A stretch of 52,229 nt of DNA, taken from positions 1-52,229 of the forward strand of contig JACPZZ010000029.1 of the NCBI GenBank assembly GCA_016195275.1, in the 5' to 3' direction. Below, piece by piece: positions 8,120 to 17,180 of the stretch (positions are counted from its first letter, which is position 1; each line of letters starts with the position of its first letter). A program made the position numbers and the translations under genes. The notes beneath the pieces were generated by a model. That model was not told the origin of the DNA, made no database searches, and worked only from the letters and a program-made list of their open reading frames with translations. The stretch is from Candidatus Aenigmatarchaeota archaeon. GTDB lineage: Archaea > Aenigmatarchaeota > Aenigmatarchaeia > JACPZZ01.

Positions 8120-9928
8120 ATGGCCGACATATACTTCAATGGAAAATTTGTAGGAACCTCCGGTAAAGGGGAGAAATTTGTAGAAGATGTGAGAAAAAAG
8201 AGAAGAGCGGGTTTGCTGCCTCAAAAAATGAACATAGTATACTACAAAGAGTTCGATGAAATTCGCATCAACAGCGATTCCGGAAGATTGCGCAGGCCTT
8301 TGGTGATAGCTGAAAAAGGAAAGCCCAAATTAACGGATGAGCACCTGAAAAAATTGGAAGCCGGGGAAATTTCCTGGAACGATCTTCTAAGCAAGGGCAT
8401 CATAGAATTTTTGGATGCCGAAGAGGAGGAGAATGCGTACATAGCGCTCACCGAGAAAGACCTGAACGAAGAGCATACGCACGTTGAGATAAGCCCAAGC
8501 ATAATACTCGGCATTTCCGCATCATTGATTCCTTTTGCAGAACACAACAGAGGAGACCGTGTAAATTACGGCGCAAAAATGACAGGACAGGCCATAGGAA
8601 TGTACGCGTCAAATTTTTTGATGCGAACAGACACTAAAGCGAACCTGATGATATACCCGCAAGTCCCGCTGGTGAGGACTGAAAGTTCGGACATAGTAGG
8701 CTTGACAACGCACCCTGCCGGGCAAAATCTGGTAATCGCAGTCATGCCGTACGGAGGTTACAACATGGAAGACGCTTTGGTGATAAACAGGGGGGCTGTA
8801 GACCGAGGCATGTTGAGATCAGTTTATTTCAGGATATACGAAACTGACGAAAAGAAGTACTGGGGAGGCCAGGAAGACGAGATCCGCATACCTGATCCTA
8901 CGGTGCGCGGCTACAAATCCGAAGAAGATTACAAGCGTCTCGGAGAAGACGGCGTGATAAACCTTGAAACCCCTGTTACTTCGGGCGATGTGCTTATCGG
9001 AAAAATATCGCCTTTACGTTTCTTAGGCACTGTGGAAGAATTCATGACAGGCATAGAAAACAGGAGGGAATCTTCGGTTACTGTAAGGCACGGTGAAAAG
9101 GGAATCGTGGAAAAAATAATGATTTCAGAGTCTGCGGACGGCAACCGTCTGATAAAAGTTTCTGTAAGGGACGAGAGGATCATAGAAATAGGCGACAAGG
9201 TGTCTTCGCGCCACGGACAGAAAGGCGTTGTAGGACTCCTGGTTAATCCTGAAGACATGCCGTTCACGGAATCCGGAGTCGTTCCCGACGTGCTTTTCAA
9301 CACGCATTCGATACCGTCAAGGATGACAATGGGACAATTGCTGGAAATGATCACAGGAAAAACTTCGGCAGTCACGGGTGAATATTACGACGCTACAGGG
9401 TTCACGGGCGTGGATGAAAATTATATCAGAGAAACGCTGGGTAAATTAGGATTCCGGGAAGATGGGAAGGAAATTTTGTACGACGGAAAGACCGGGAAAC
9501 AGTACGAAGTTATGATATTTACCGGTGTCGCGTATTACCAAAAGCTCGATCATATGGTTGCGAACAAGATACACGCAAGATCAAGGGGGCCTGTTGCGCT
9601 TTTGACAAAACAGCCTACTGAAGGACGCGCAAAGGAAGGCGGTTTGCGTCTTGGTGAAATGGAAAAAGACTGCATAATAGCGCACGGAGCTGCAATGGTG
9701 CTGAAGGAAAGATTTGATTCGGACAAATACATGGTGGCGGTTTGTGAAAATTGCGGGCTGATTGCCATGAACGACCGTACAAAGAATAAACTCGTGTGTT
9801 CACTGTGCAGCGAATCGAAGATAAGCTGGGTGGAAATGTCTTACGCATTCAAGCTCATGCTTGAAGAGCTGAAATCGCTTTTGATTTACCCGCGCGTGGA
9901 AGTCGGGGATCATAAAAGCCCGAGTTAA
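8120..9928 (+). CDS. rpoB1: RNA polymerase subunit B' (Rpo2 C-terminal part)
   Basis: GYNMEDA, GDKVSSRHGQKG, PSRMTMGQ, EGGLRLGEME motifs and a C-terminal Zn ribbon. Confidence 0.95.
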   Translation: MADIYFNGKFVGTSGKGEKFVEDVRKKRRAGLLPQKMNIVYYKEFDEIRINSDSGRLRRPLVIAEKGKPKLTDEHLKKLEAGEISWNDLLSKGIIEFLDAEEEENAYIALTEKDLNEEHTHVEISPSIILGISASLIPFAEHNRGDRVNYGAKMTGQAIGMYASNFLMRTDTKANLMIYPQVPLVRTESSDIVGLTTHPAGQNLVIAVMPYGGYNMEDALVINRGAVDRGMLRSVYFRIYETDEKKYWGGQEDEIRIPDPTVRGYKSEEDYKRLGEDGVINLETPVTSGDVLIGKISPLRFLGTVEEFMTGIENRRESSVTVRHGEKGIVEKIMISESADGNRLIKVSVRDERIIEIGDKVSSRHGQKGVVGLLVNPEDMPFTESGVVPDVLFNTHSIPSRMTMGQLLEMITGKTSAVTGEYYDATGFTGVDENYIRETLGKLGFREDGKEILYDGKTGKQYEVMIFTGVAYYQKLDHMVANKIHARSRGPVALLTKQPTEGRAKEGGLRLGEMEKDCIIAHGAAMVLKERFDSDKYMVAVCENCGLIAMNDRTKNKLVCSLCSESKISWVEMSYAFKLMLEELKSLLIYPRVEVGDHKSPS

Positions 9929-9937
9929 GTGGTTAAT

Positions 9938-12454
9938 ATGGCAGACATGAAAGAAGTTCAGAGCATTGAATTTGGCGTTTTGTCACCTAAAATGATATTG
10001 AAAATGTCTACGGTGAGGATTGCGCGTGCCGAATTGTACGACCCGGACGGGTATCCAATAGACGGCGGCGTGATGGATCCGAGAATGGGTGTTATCGATC
10101 CCGGATTAAGGTGCAGGACGTGCGGTGGTTCTGTCGGCGATTGCGGCGGGCACTTCGGTTATCTGGAGCTGGCAAGGCCTATAGTTCATGTTTTGTACGC
10201 CAAATTCGTTTACAAGCTGCTGAAAGTAATATGCAGAAAATGCGGCAAGCTGCTAACAGGCATCAGGGAAAAAACTTCTCTCAAGGAAGTAATGAAAACC
10301 GCGAATAAAAAATGCCAGGGTTGCGGCGAAGAGCAGGGTGAAATAAAATTCGAAAAGCCGTATTCATTCTGGGAGGATAAGGCTCCTTTAAATCCCATGT
10401 CGATCAGGGAAAGATTCGAGAAAACGCCTGACGAAGACCTTGAATTGATCCGCGTAAGGATAAGGCCGGAATGGCTGATCATAACTATATTGCCTGTGCC
10501 CCCGGTTACGGTTAGGCCAAGCATAACACTGGAAACCGGTGAGCGCTCAGAAGACGATTTGACTCATAAACTGGTTGACATAGTCAGGATAAACCAGAGG
10601 CTGAAGGAGAACATAGACATAGGCGCCCCGGACTTTATCATTGAAGACTTGTGGGAATTGTTGCAATACCACGTTTCGACATTCTTTGACAATGAATTAA
10701 CAGGCGTTCCTCATGCAAGACACAGGTCAGGGCGCGGGTTGAAAACTCTTGTACAGAGATTGAAGACTAAAGAAGGGCGATTCAGAAGCAACCTTGCAGG
10801 CAAGCGTGTGAATTTCTGCGCCAGAACCGTCATCTCCCCGGACAATAACATAGACATAGACGAGGTTGGCGTACCCGAAATTATCGCAAAGGAGTTAACA
10901 ATTCCGTCTCGTGTCACGGATTTCAATATAGCAATGGTCAAAGAAGTCGTGAAAAACGGTCCCAATGTGTGGCCGGGTGCAAATTATGCAATTAGGCCGG
11001 ACGGGAGAAAGAAAAAGATCACCGAAGAAAGCAGGAACGAAATTGCGGAAGAGATAGTCAATGGGTGGATAGTAGAAAGGCATCTGCAAAACGGCGATAT
11101 AGTTTTATTCAATCGCCAACCTTCGTTGCACAGAATGTCCATAATGGCCCACCGCGTGAAGGTGATGCCTTATCGTACTTTCAGATTAAATTTGTGCGTT
11201 TCACCGCCCTACAACGCAGACTTTGACGGGGATGAAATGAACTTGCACGTCCCGCAGACCGAGGAGGCACAGGCGGAAGCGATGCTTTTGATGCAAGTCC
11301 AGAACCAGGTTCGTTCTCCGAGATTCGGAGGGCCGATAATTGCGCCGAAAAACGATCACATATCAGGACTCTTTTTGTTAACGAGAAAAGAAACTATAAT
11401 GACAAAGGAAGAAGCTGCACAGATTTTGGCTTATGCGGGCATAGACGCAGAGTTGCCGGACAAGGAAAAAATCGCCGGCAAGGAAGTGTTTAGTTTGCTG
11501 CTGCCCAAGACGCTAGACATTGAATTCCAATCCACGTGGCATAAAGGAAAAGCCGAGAAGGAGGAAGATTCAAACGTAGTTATCAAAGACGGCAAACTGG
11601 TAAAAGGTGTGATTGACAAAAGCGCTGTAGGATCGGAAGAGGGCGCGATCATAGATAAAATAGATAAGGTCAGCACGCCGCAGGAAGTCAGTGACTTCAT
11701 AAATAAAGTTTCAAGACTCGGTACCGCCATGCTCGATACAAGAGGATTTACAGTCGGTATATCCGACAACGACCTTTCCGACGAGGCGAAGAAGCTTGTG
11801 AGTAAAGCGATCAAAAAGGCCGAAGAGGATGTCGCAGACCTGATAGACCAATATAACAAAGGCAAACTGGAAGGTTTGCCTGACAGGTCCCTGAACGCAT
11901 CGCTGGAAGTTTACATAATGCAAAGGCTTGCAAAGGCCGTAAACGAGTGCGGCGAGATTGTAAGCTCCCACGTACCGGAAAACGACACGATATTCATGGC
12001 CCGCACAGGAGCGAGGGGTTCGCTGGTTAACGTAACACAAACAGCGGCTTGCATAGGACAAGAAACCGTATTGGGACAAAGGATACACCGCGGTTATCTG
12101 AACAGGACACTGCCTCATTTCAAGAAAGGGGATTTGTCGCCAATTTCACACGGCTTTGTCGGAACGAGCTTCAAAGCAGGATTGACGCCTTTTGAGTTTT
12201 TTTGGGACTCATTGAACGGCCGTGAAGGGCTCATGGACAAATCGCTGAGAACAAGACACAGCGGTTACATGGAACGCCGTCTCGTAAACGCCCTGCAAGA
12301 CCTAAAGGTAAAATACGACATGACTGTGCGCGACCTTACAAATTCCATTGTTCAATTTGTCCCGGGAGAGGACGGAATAGATCCGGCAAAATCCAACTGG
12401 GGTAAATTTGATGTCGATAACTTCGTAAACATGGAGGTTTCCAAAGATGATTGA
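9938..12454 (+). CDS. rpoA1: RNA polymerase subunit A' (Rpo1N)
   Basis: Catalytic YNADFDGDEMN, FNRQPSLH, N-terminal CxxC Zn sites. Confidence 0.97.
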   Translation: MADMKEVQSIEFGVLSPKMILKMSTVRIARAELYDPDGYPIDGGVMDPRMGVIDPGLRCRTCGGSVGDCGGHFGYLELARPIVHVLYAKFVYKLLKVICRKCGKLLTGIREKTSLKEVMKTANKKCQGCGEEQGEIKFEKPYSFWEDKAPLNPMSIRERFEKTPDEDLELIRVRIRPEWLIITILPVPPVTVRPSITLETGERSEDDLTHKLVDIVRINQRLKENIDIGAPDFIIEDLWELLQYHVSTFFDNELTGVPHARHRSGRGLKTLVQRLKTKEGRFRSNLAGKRVNFCARTVISPDNNIDIDEVGVPEIIAKELTIPSRVTDFNIAMVKEVVKNGPNVWPGANYAIRPDGRKKKITEESRNEIAEEIVNGWIVERHLQNGDIVLFNRQPSLHRMSIMAHRVKVMPYRTFRLNLCVSPPYNADFDGDEMNLHVPQTEEAQAEAMLLMQVQNQVRSPRFGGPIIAPKNDHISGLFLLTRKETIMTKEEAAQILAYAGIDAELPDKEKIAGKEVFSLLLPKTLDIEFQSTWHKGKAEKEEDSNVVIKDGKLVKGVIDKSAVGSEEGAIIDKIDKVSTPQEVSDFINKVSRLGTAMLDTRGFTVGISDNDLSDEAKKLVSKAIKKAEEDVADLIDQYNKGKLEGLPDRSLNASLEVYIMQRLAKAVNECGEIVSSHVPENDTIFMARTGARGSLVNVTQTAACIGQETVLGQRIHRGYLNRTLPHFKKGDLSPISHGFVGTSFKAGLTPFEFFWDSLNGREGLMDKSLRTRHSGYMERRLVNALQDLKVKYDMTVRDLTNSIVQFVPGEDGIDPAKSNWGKFDVDNFVNMEVSKDD

Positions 12455-14945
12455 ACTGCCCAAGTCGATACTTGAAAAAGCTGAAAAGATATTCGAGGAA
12501 AAAAAGATACCACAGAATAAAAGGGACGAGATACTTGAAAACCTGAAAAAGGCTTACAAGATGTATTTGTACGAACCGGGCGAAGCCATAGGCATAGTTT
12601 CGGCGCAATCCATTTCCGAGCCAGCAACGCAGATGTCACTTGACGCGGGCGAAAAGGTCATAATCAAGAATATGGACAGGATAAAAATCTCTGAAATAGG
12701 AAAATTCACTGACACAGTGATGAATGCTTTCGGTTTCGTGTCCCACGATGACTGGGACATCTGTGAGCTTGGTGGCATGTACGTTTATGTGCCGAGCATA
12801 AGCCAGGACGAGAAAATCGAATGGAAGCGCGTGCTCGCCTGCAGCAGGCATGAATCGCCGGAAAAATTGCTGAAAATAAAAACCATGTCAGGGCGGGAAA
12901 TAACAGCAACAGACTCTCATTCGTTTGTAATAAGAAAGGACAACAGCATCGTTGCGATATCGGGCAAAGACTTGAAGGCAGGTGAAAGAATACCCACAAT
13001 AAAGCTGCTTCCTGAAAACTGCATCCATTCGGTAGATTTGGCTGCGATAGCCGGAAAGGAATTTGCAAATGCAAAAAAGCCGTTGCCCCGGAACTTCGAA
13101 CTCGGTGAGATCGAAGGTTTCATGTTCGGTGCTTATTTATCAGAAGGAAACAGCACTCAGAATTTTGTAAGCATATCCAATACAGACGGAAATTTCCTTC
13201 AGAAGATCAGGCTTTTTGCGGCTAAATACGGTCTTACATATAACGAATACGACAATTTCAGGGGCTTTGCTAAGGGGCATGACATCCATGTCAATTCCGT
13301 ATTGTTATCCTCGGTGCTGGCAAAAACCTGCGGAAAGGGCTCTGCCAACAAAAGGGTGCCGGATTTTGCGTACAGCGCAGACGAAAATTTTGTCTCAGGT
13401 TTATTGCGCGCCTACTTCGACGGCGATGGAAGCGTATCGGTCGACAGGGATGCTATAAGAATATCCTCCAATTCGGAAGAACTTATTGATGGAATCGCAT
13501 TGCTCCTTAACAGGTTCGGAATCTTTTCCCATAAGGGCAGAGGAAAACAGTCCACGCTTTCGATATTGGCCAGATATGCTGTTATTTTCAGGGAAAAAAT
13601 AGGCTTTGTTTCAGGAGACAAGCCGACAAGGCTGGATGAATTGTGCAGCAAATATGCGGACCAAAAACAGGATTTTGTAGAATTGGTCGGGGGATTTGGG
13701 GATCTGCTGGTTAAAGCGGCAAAGAAACTTGGCTATCCCACCAGATATGTAAATAGTTTTACAAATAGGCAAAAAATAGGAAAGTCCGCACTTCTAAGAT
13801 ACATCGTTCTGTTCGACCAGATGGCAAAGGAGAAAAAACTGAACATAAACGAAGAGCTGGGTGTGATGAAAAGGATGTACGCCTCGGATGTTGTATGGGA
13901 CGAGATTGTGGAAATTATCGAAGTTGAACCTTCCTCGAAATTCGTCTACGACCTCACTGTTGAAGGGACAGAAACGTTCACAACTTTCGACGGGATAGTC
14001 ACGCATAACACGATGAGATCTTACCACGTTGCAGGATCAGCAGGTATCCGCGTAACTTTGGGTCTTCCCAGATTGATGGAAATCTTTGATGCGCGACGCA
14101 CACCAACCACGCCAATGATGATCATCTACCTAGAAAAGCAGTACCAGTCGAAAGAAAAGGCGAGAGACGTGGCTGCGAAAATAAAAGAAGTGCGGATAGA
14201 GGAAATGGTCACCGACGACGTTATAGATCTGCTTAATTCGCAACTGGAATTAAAAATAGACCTGAAAAAAGCGTCTATGTTTGGGTTGGACAAGGAAAAA
14301 ATTATCGATGGTCTCAAGAAAAACACGAAAGACATCGTGATAAAGTCCCATGAGGACAAAATAATAATCTCCACTAAAAAAGAGGAGGTTTCAATAAGGG
14401 AAATGCAAAAGCTGAAGGTAAAAATACTTGACATGCACCTTTACGGTATTAAAGGCATACAGCAGGTTGTCGTAAAGAAGGAGGGGGATGAATGGGTATT
14501 GAACACGCTCGGATCCAACCTGAAAAAAGTCATGGCCGTTGAAGGCGTTGACGCAACCAGAATAGAAACCAATGACATACACGAAGTCGCAAAAACTCTG
14601 GGCATAGAAGCCGCCCGTTCAATAATAATCAAGGAAGCTTCAAGGACACTTGGAGAACAGGGATTGGAAGTGGATATACGCCATATAATGCTTGTTGCGG
14701 ACGCGATGACGGCTACGGGAAAAATACAAGCGATAGGCCGTTACGGGGTTGCGGGGTCAAAAGGTTCTGTTCTTGCGCGTGCAGCTTTCGAAGAGACCAT
14801 AAAACATCTTACTGCCGCCTCAATCAGGGGAAGAAAGGACAGATTTAACGGTGCCATAGAAAACGTGATGGTCGGTAAACTGGTTCCGATAGGCACGGGG
14901 ATGTTCGATCTTGCAATGAAGGTTGAAGAAGAGGAAAAGAAATGA
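12447..14945 (+). CDS. rpoA2: RNA polymerase subunit A'' (Rpo1C) containing an intein
   Basis: GEAIGIVSAQSISEPATQM|intein|TMRSYHVAG...VTLGLPRL; ARAAFEET. Confidence 0.95.
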   Translation: MIELPKSILEKAEKIFEEKKIPQNKRDEILENLKKAYKMYLYEPGEAIGIVSAQSISEPATQMSLDAGEKVIIKNMDRIKISEIGKFTDTVMNAFGFVSHDDWDICELGGMYVYVPSISQDEKIEWKRVLACSRHESPEKLLKIKTMSGREITATDSHSFVIRKDNSIVAISGKDLKAGERIPTIKLLPENCIHSVDLAAIAGKEFANAKKPLPRNFELGEIEGFMFGAYLSEGNSTQNFVSISNTDGNFLQKIRLFAAKYGLTYNEYDNFRGFAKGHDIHVNSVLLSSVLAKTCGKGSANKRVPDFAYSADENFVSGLLRAYFDGDGSVSVDRDAIRISSNSEELIDGIALLLNRFGIFSHKGRGKQSTLSILARYAVIFREKIGFVSGDKPTRLDELCSKYADQKQDFVELVGGFGDLLVKAAKKLGYPTRYVNSFTNRQKIGKSALLRYIVLFDQMAKEKKLNINEELGVMKRMYASDVVWDEIVEIIEVEPSSKFVYDLTVEGTETFTTFDGIVTHNTMRSYHVAGSAGIRVTLGLPRLMEIFDARRTPTTPMMIIYLEKQYQSKEKARDVAAKIKEVRIEEMVTDDVIDLLNSQLELKIDLKKASMFGLDKEKIIDGLKKNTKDIVIKSHEDKIIISTKKEEVSIREMQKLKVKILDMHLYGIKGIQQVVVKKEGDEWVLNTLGSNLKKVMAVEGVDATRIETNDIHEVAKTLGIEAARSIIIKEASRTLGEQGLEVDIRHIMLVADAMTATGKIQAIGRYGVAGSKGSVLARAAFEETIKHLTAASIRGRKDRFNGAIENVMVGKLVPIGTGMFDLAMKVEEEEKK
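12636..14009 (+). mobile_element. Intein (458 aa) with LAGLIDADG homing endonuclease in RpoA''
   Basis: Starts SLDAGE; block B ITATDSHSF; FGAYLSEG and LRAYFDGDG motifs; ends VYDLTV...VTHN followed by Thr. Confidence 0.92.
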
Positions 14946-15202
14946 GAGAGATAAGAAAAGAGCTGAAAAATGCCTTGGAAAAGGGGAAAGTGGCCATCGG
15001 GACAAAGGAATCCCTGAAGGCTGCTGGCAACGGCAAGGCAAAAACGCTTGTTTATGCTGCAAATTGCCCCTCTGAAATAAGAGCAAGGCTGAAAAAGGCG
15101 GCTGTGACGCATAAAATCGAGGTCGAACAATTCGACGGAAATTCTGTGGAACTTGGAACCATGTGCGGCAAGCCTTTCGCGGTTTCCGTACTCGCTTTCT
15201 GA
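14942..15202 (+). CDS. rpl30e: 50S ribosomal protein L30e
   Basis: GKVAIGTKES...AANCP...ELGTMCGKPF; canonical position after rpoA2. Confidence 0.93.
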   Translation: MREIRKELKNALEKGKVAIGTKESLKAAGNGKAKTLVYAANCPSEIRARLKKAAVTHKIEVEQFDGNSVELGTMCGKPFAVSVLAF

Positions 15203-15221
15203 TTATGAAAAGGATGTTGCC

Positions 15222-15638
15222 ATGATGAAACTGGACACCGAAGCCATAAAGGCGATGAATTTTTTCGAGAAATACACGAGAGTTCACGCACGTGATTGTG
15301 TAATAGAAACGGGTAGTATAATATTCATAGTTGACGAGGGTAAGGCGGGCAAGGCCATAGGTAAAAAAGGCCTTACCATAGCGGAACTGGAAAAAAAATT
15401 CAACAAAAGGATAAGAATATTCGAGTGGTCGGACAATCTTGAAAAATTTGTGGGTAACCTTGCCCCCCAGGCCAAATCGGTAAAACTTGAACAAATAAAA
15501 GATAAAAACATACTTACTATAAGCGTTGATGCCAGCAGGCGGGGCCTGCTAATAGGGAAAGGCGGCGCCAATATCAACAGGATAAAGGCATTGTTGAAAA
15601 GATACCACACTATAGACGAGATAAAATTGCAGCAATGA
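15222..15638 (+). CDS. nusA: Archaeal NusA (two KH domains)
   Basis: GKAIGKKG and LLIGKGGANI KH motifs; synteny. Confidence 0.92.
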   Translation: MMKLDTEAIKAMNFFEKYTRVHARDCVIETGSIIFIVDEGKAGKAIGKKGLTIAELEKKFNKRIRIFEWSDNLEKFVGNLAPQAKSVKLEQIKDKNILTISVDASRRGLLIGKGGANINRIKALLKRYHTIDEIKLQQ

Positions 15639-15689
15639 ACAAATTTAAATGCTGCAGTATCAAATGGTTTACAACGGTTTGTGATACAT

Positions 15690-16109
15690 ATGGGAGAATT
15701 TTCGGCCAGGAAAATAAAGAAAAATAAACAAAGACTCAGATGGAAAGATATTAGATACAGGGCTAGAAAACTCCAATTCTGGAAAAAAGACCCGCTTGAG
15801 GGATCGCCGCAGGCGCGCGGAATTGTGTTAGAAAAGCGTGTAGTTGAACAAAAACAGCCGTCTTCAGGCCTTATCAAGGCTGTCAGGGTTCAGATTGTCA
15901 AAAATGGCGTCGGTGTAACGGCTTGGGTTCCGGGAACTGGTGCGATTGATAAGGTAAACGAACACGATGAAGTTGTTATCGAAGGTGTCGGCGGTTCTCA
16001 GGGCGGTCCGATCGGCAAGCAATGGGGCATAAAATTCACAGTCGTCAAGGTTAACGGCGTTGCGCTGAAAGAACTGGTTTCTGGAAAAAAACAGAAGCCG
16101 ACGAGGTAA
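15690..16109 (+). CDS. rps12: 30S ribosomal protein S12 (uS12)
   Basis: [19 protein letters not shown]...VRVQ, EHDEV. Confidence 0.95.
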   Translation: MGEFSARKIKKNKQRLRWKDIRYRARKLQFWKKDPLEGSPQARGIVLEKRVVEQKQPSSGLIKAVRVQIVKNGVGVTAWVPGTGAIDKVNEHDEVVIEGVGGSQGGPIGKQWGIKFTVVKVNGVALKELVSGKKQKPTR

Positions 16110-16137
16110 CAGCTTCAGTTAACATAGAAGTGATTTG

Positions 16138-16860
16138 ATGGAAGATAAAAACATTGAAAATCCGGTTCCGAGCAACGAAACTGTAGATGTGCCTTTGTCC
16201 AACGAGGTTGTAAAAGAGAAAAAAGAAGAAGTCAAAACCAAGAAAAAGCCGAAATATGCGGCCAAGTTCTTATTATTCGGGCGCTGGGACCCTTCCAACA
16301 TCGAAGTTAAAGACAGGGGTCTGGCTGTTTATATGACACTCAGGCCTGTTCTTATCCCGAGAAATTACGGACGCCACGCAGGCAGGAAATTCCACAAGCT
16401 GGACATGAATATTGTTGAGAGGTTAATGAACAAAATGATGATTCCGGGTCACAAAAGCAGGAAACACGTTCTCACATCAGGGGCAGCGGGCGGGAAAAGC
16501 GAACGTGTAATGAGACTCACCAGAGAAATTTTTTCAAAAATAGAACAGCAGACAAAACTAAATCCCATCCAAGTTTTAGTGACTGCTATAGAGAACGTTG
16601 CATTGCTTGAAGAGATAACGGCGTACCAAATGGGCGGCATAATGGTGCGCAAGGCTGTTGTTACGTCCCCGCAAAGGCGTATAGACTGGGCTTTGCGCCT
16701 GATAACGCAAGCCGCTTACCAGAAATCGTTCAACAACAAAAAGAGCATAGCCGATGCGATGGCTGCGGAGATACTGGCGTGCTATAATAGGGATGTGCAG
16801 AATTCAAACGCTATGAGAGAGCGCGAAAGAATAGAACGTGAAGCGGAAGGTGCAAGATAA
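16138..16860 (+). CDS. rps7: 30S ribosomal protein S7 (uS7) with N-terminal extension
   Basis: LFGRWD, IVERLMNK, NPIQVLVTAIEN, SPQRRID. Confidence 0.95.
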   Translation: MEDKNIENPVPSNETVDVPLSNEVVKEKKEEVKTKKKPKYAAKFLLFGRWDPSNIEVKDRGLAVYMTLRPVLIPRNYGRHAGRKFHKLDMNIVERLMNKMMIPGHKSRKHVLTSGAAGGKSERVMRLTREIFSKIEQQTKLNPIQVLVTAIENVALLEEITAYQMGGIMVRKAVVTSPQRRIDWALRLITQAAYQKSFNNKKSIADAMAAEILACYNRDVQNSNAMRERERIEREAEGAR

Positions 16861-17124
16861 TAGTTGATCCGGCTTTTGTGCCCGTTTTTTGGGTTCTGTA
16901 ACAGCTTCTACAATGTTCTTCCCACAGGTATGGAAAGCTTGGACAACAAAAAAACCAAGGACCTTTCATGGCTGACTATTATGATAGGCACGCTTAACGG
17001 GTTTTTCTGGGTCGTTTATGGCTTGTTGAAATCTGACCCGTTCATATACGTTACGAATGTATTATTGTTCACCGCGACGGCTCTTTTGGTCGTACTAAAG
17101 AAAAAATACGACCCTAATAAATAG
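16861..17124 (+). pseudogene. Frameshifted SemiSWEET/PQ-loop transporter
   Basis: One frame gives LGSVTASTMFFPQVWKAWTTKK, which joins TKDLSW...WVVYGLL...N in the -1 frame at an A7 run. There is a second shift at a T6 run and no ATG. Confidence 0.7.
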
Positions 17125-17180
17125 CGCTGATTTTAAAAAGTTAAATATACAAGACTCAAAAGTAAAAAAGGCAATGTTTT

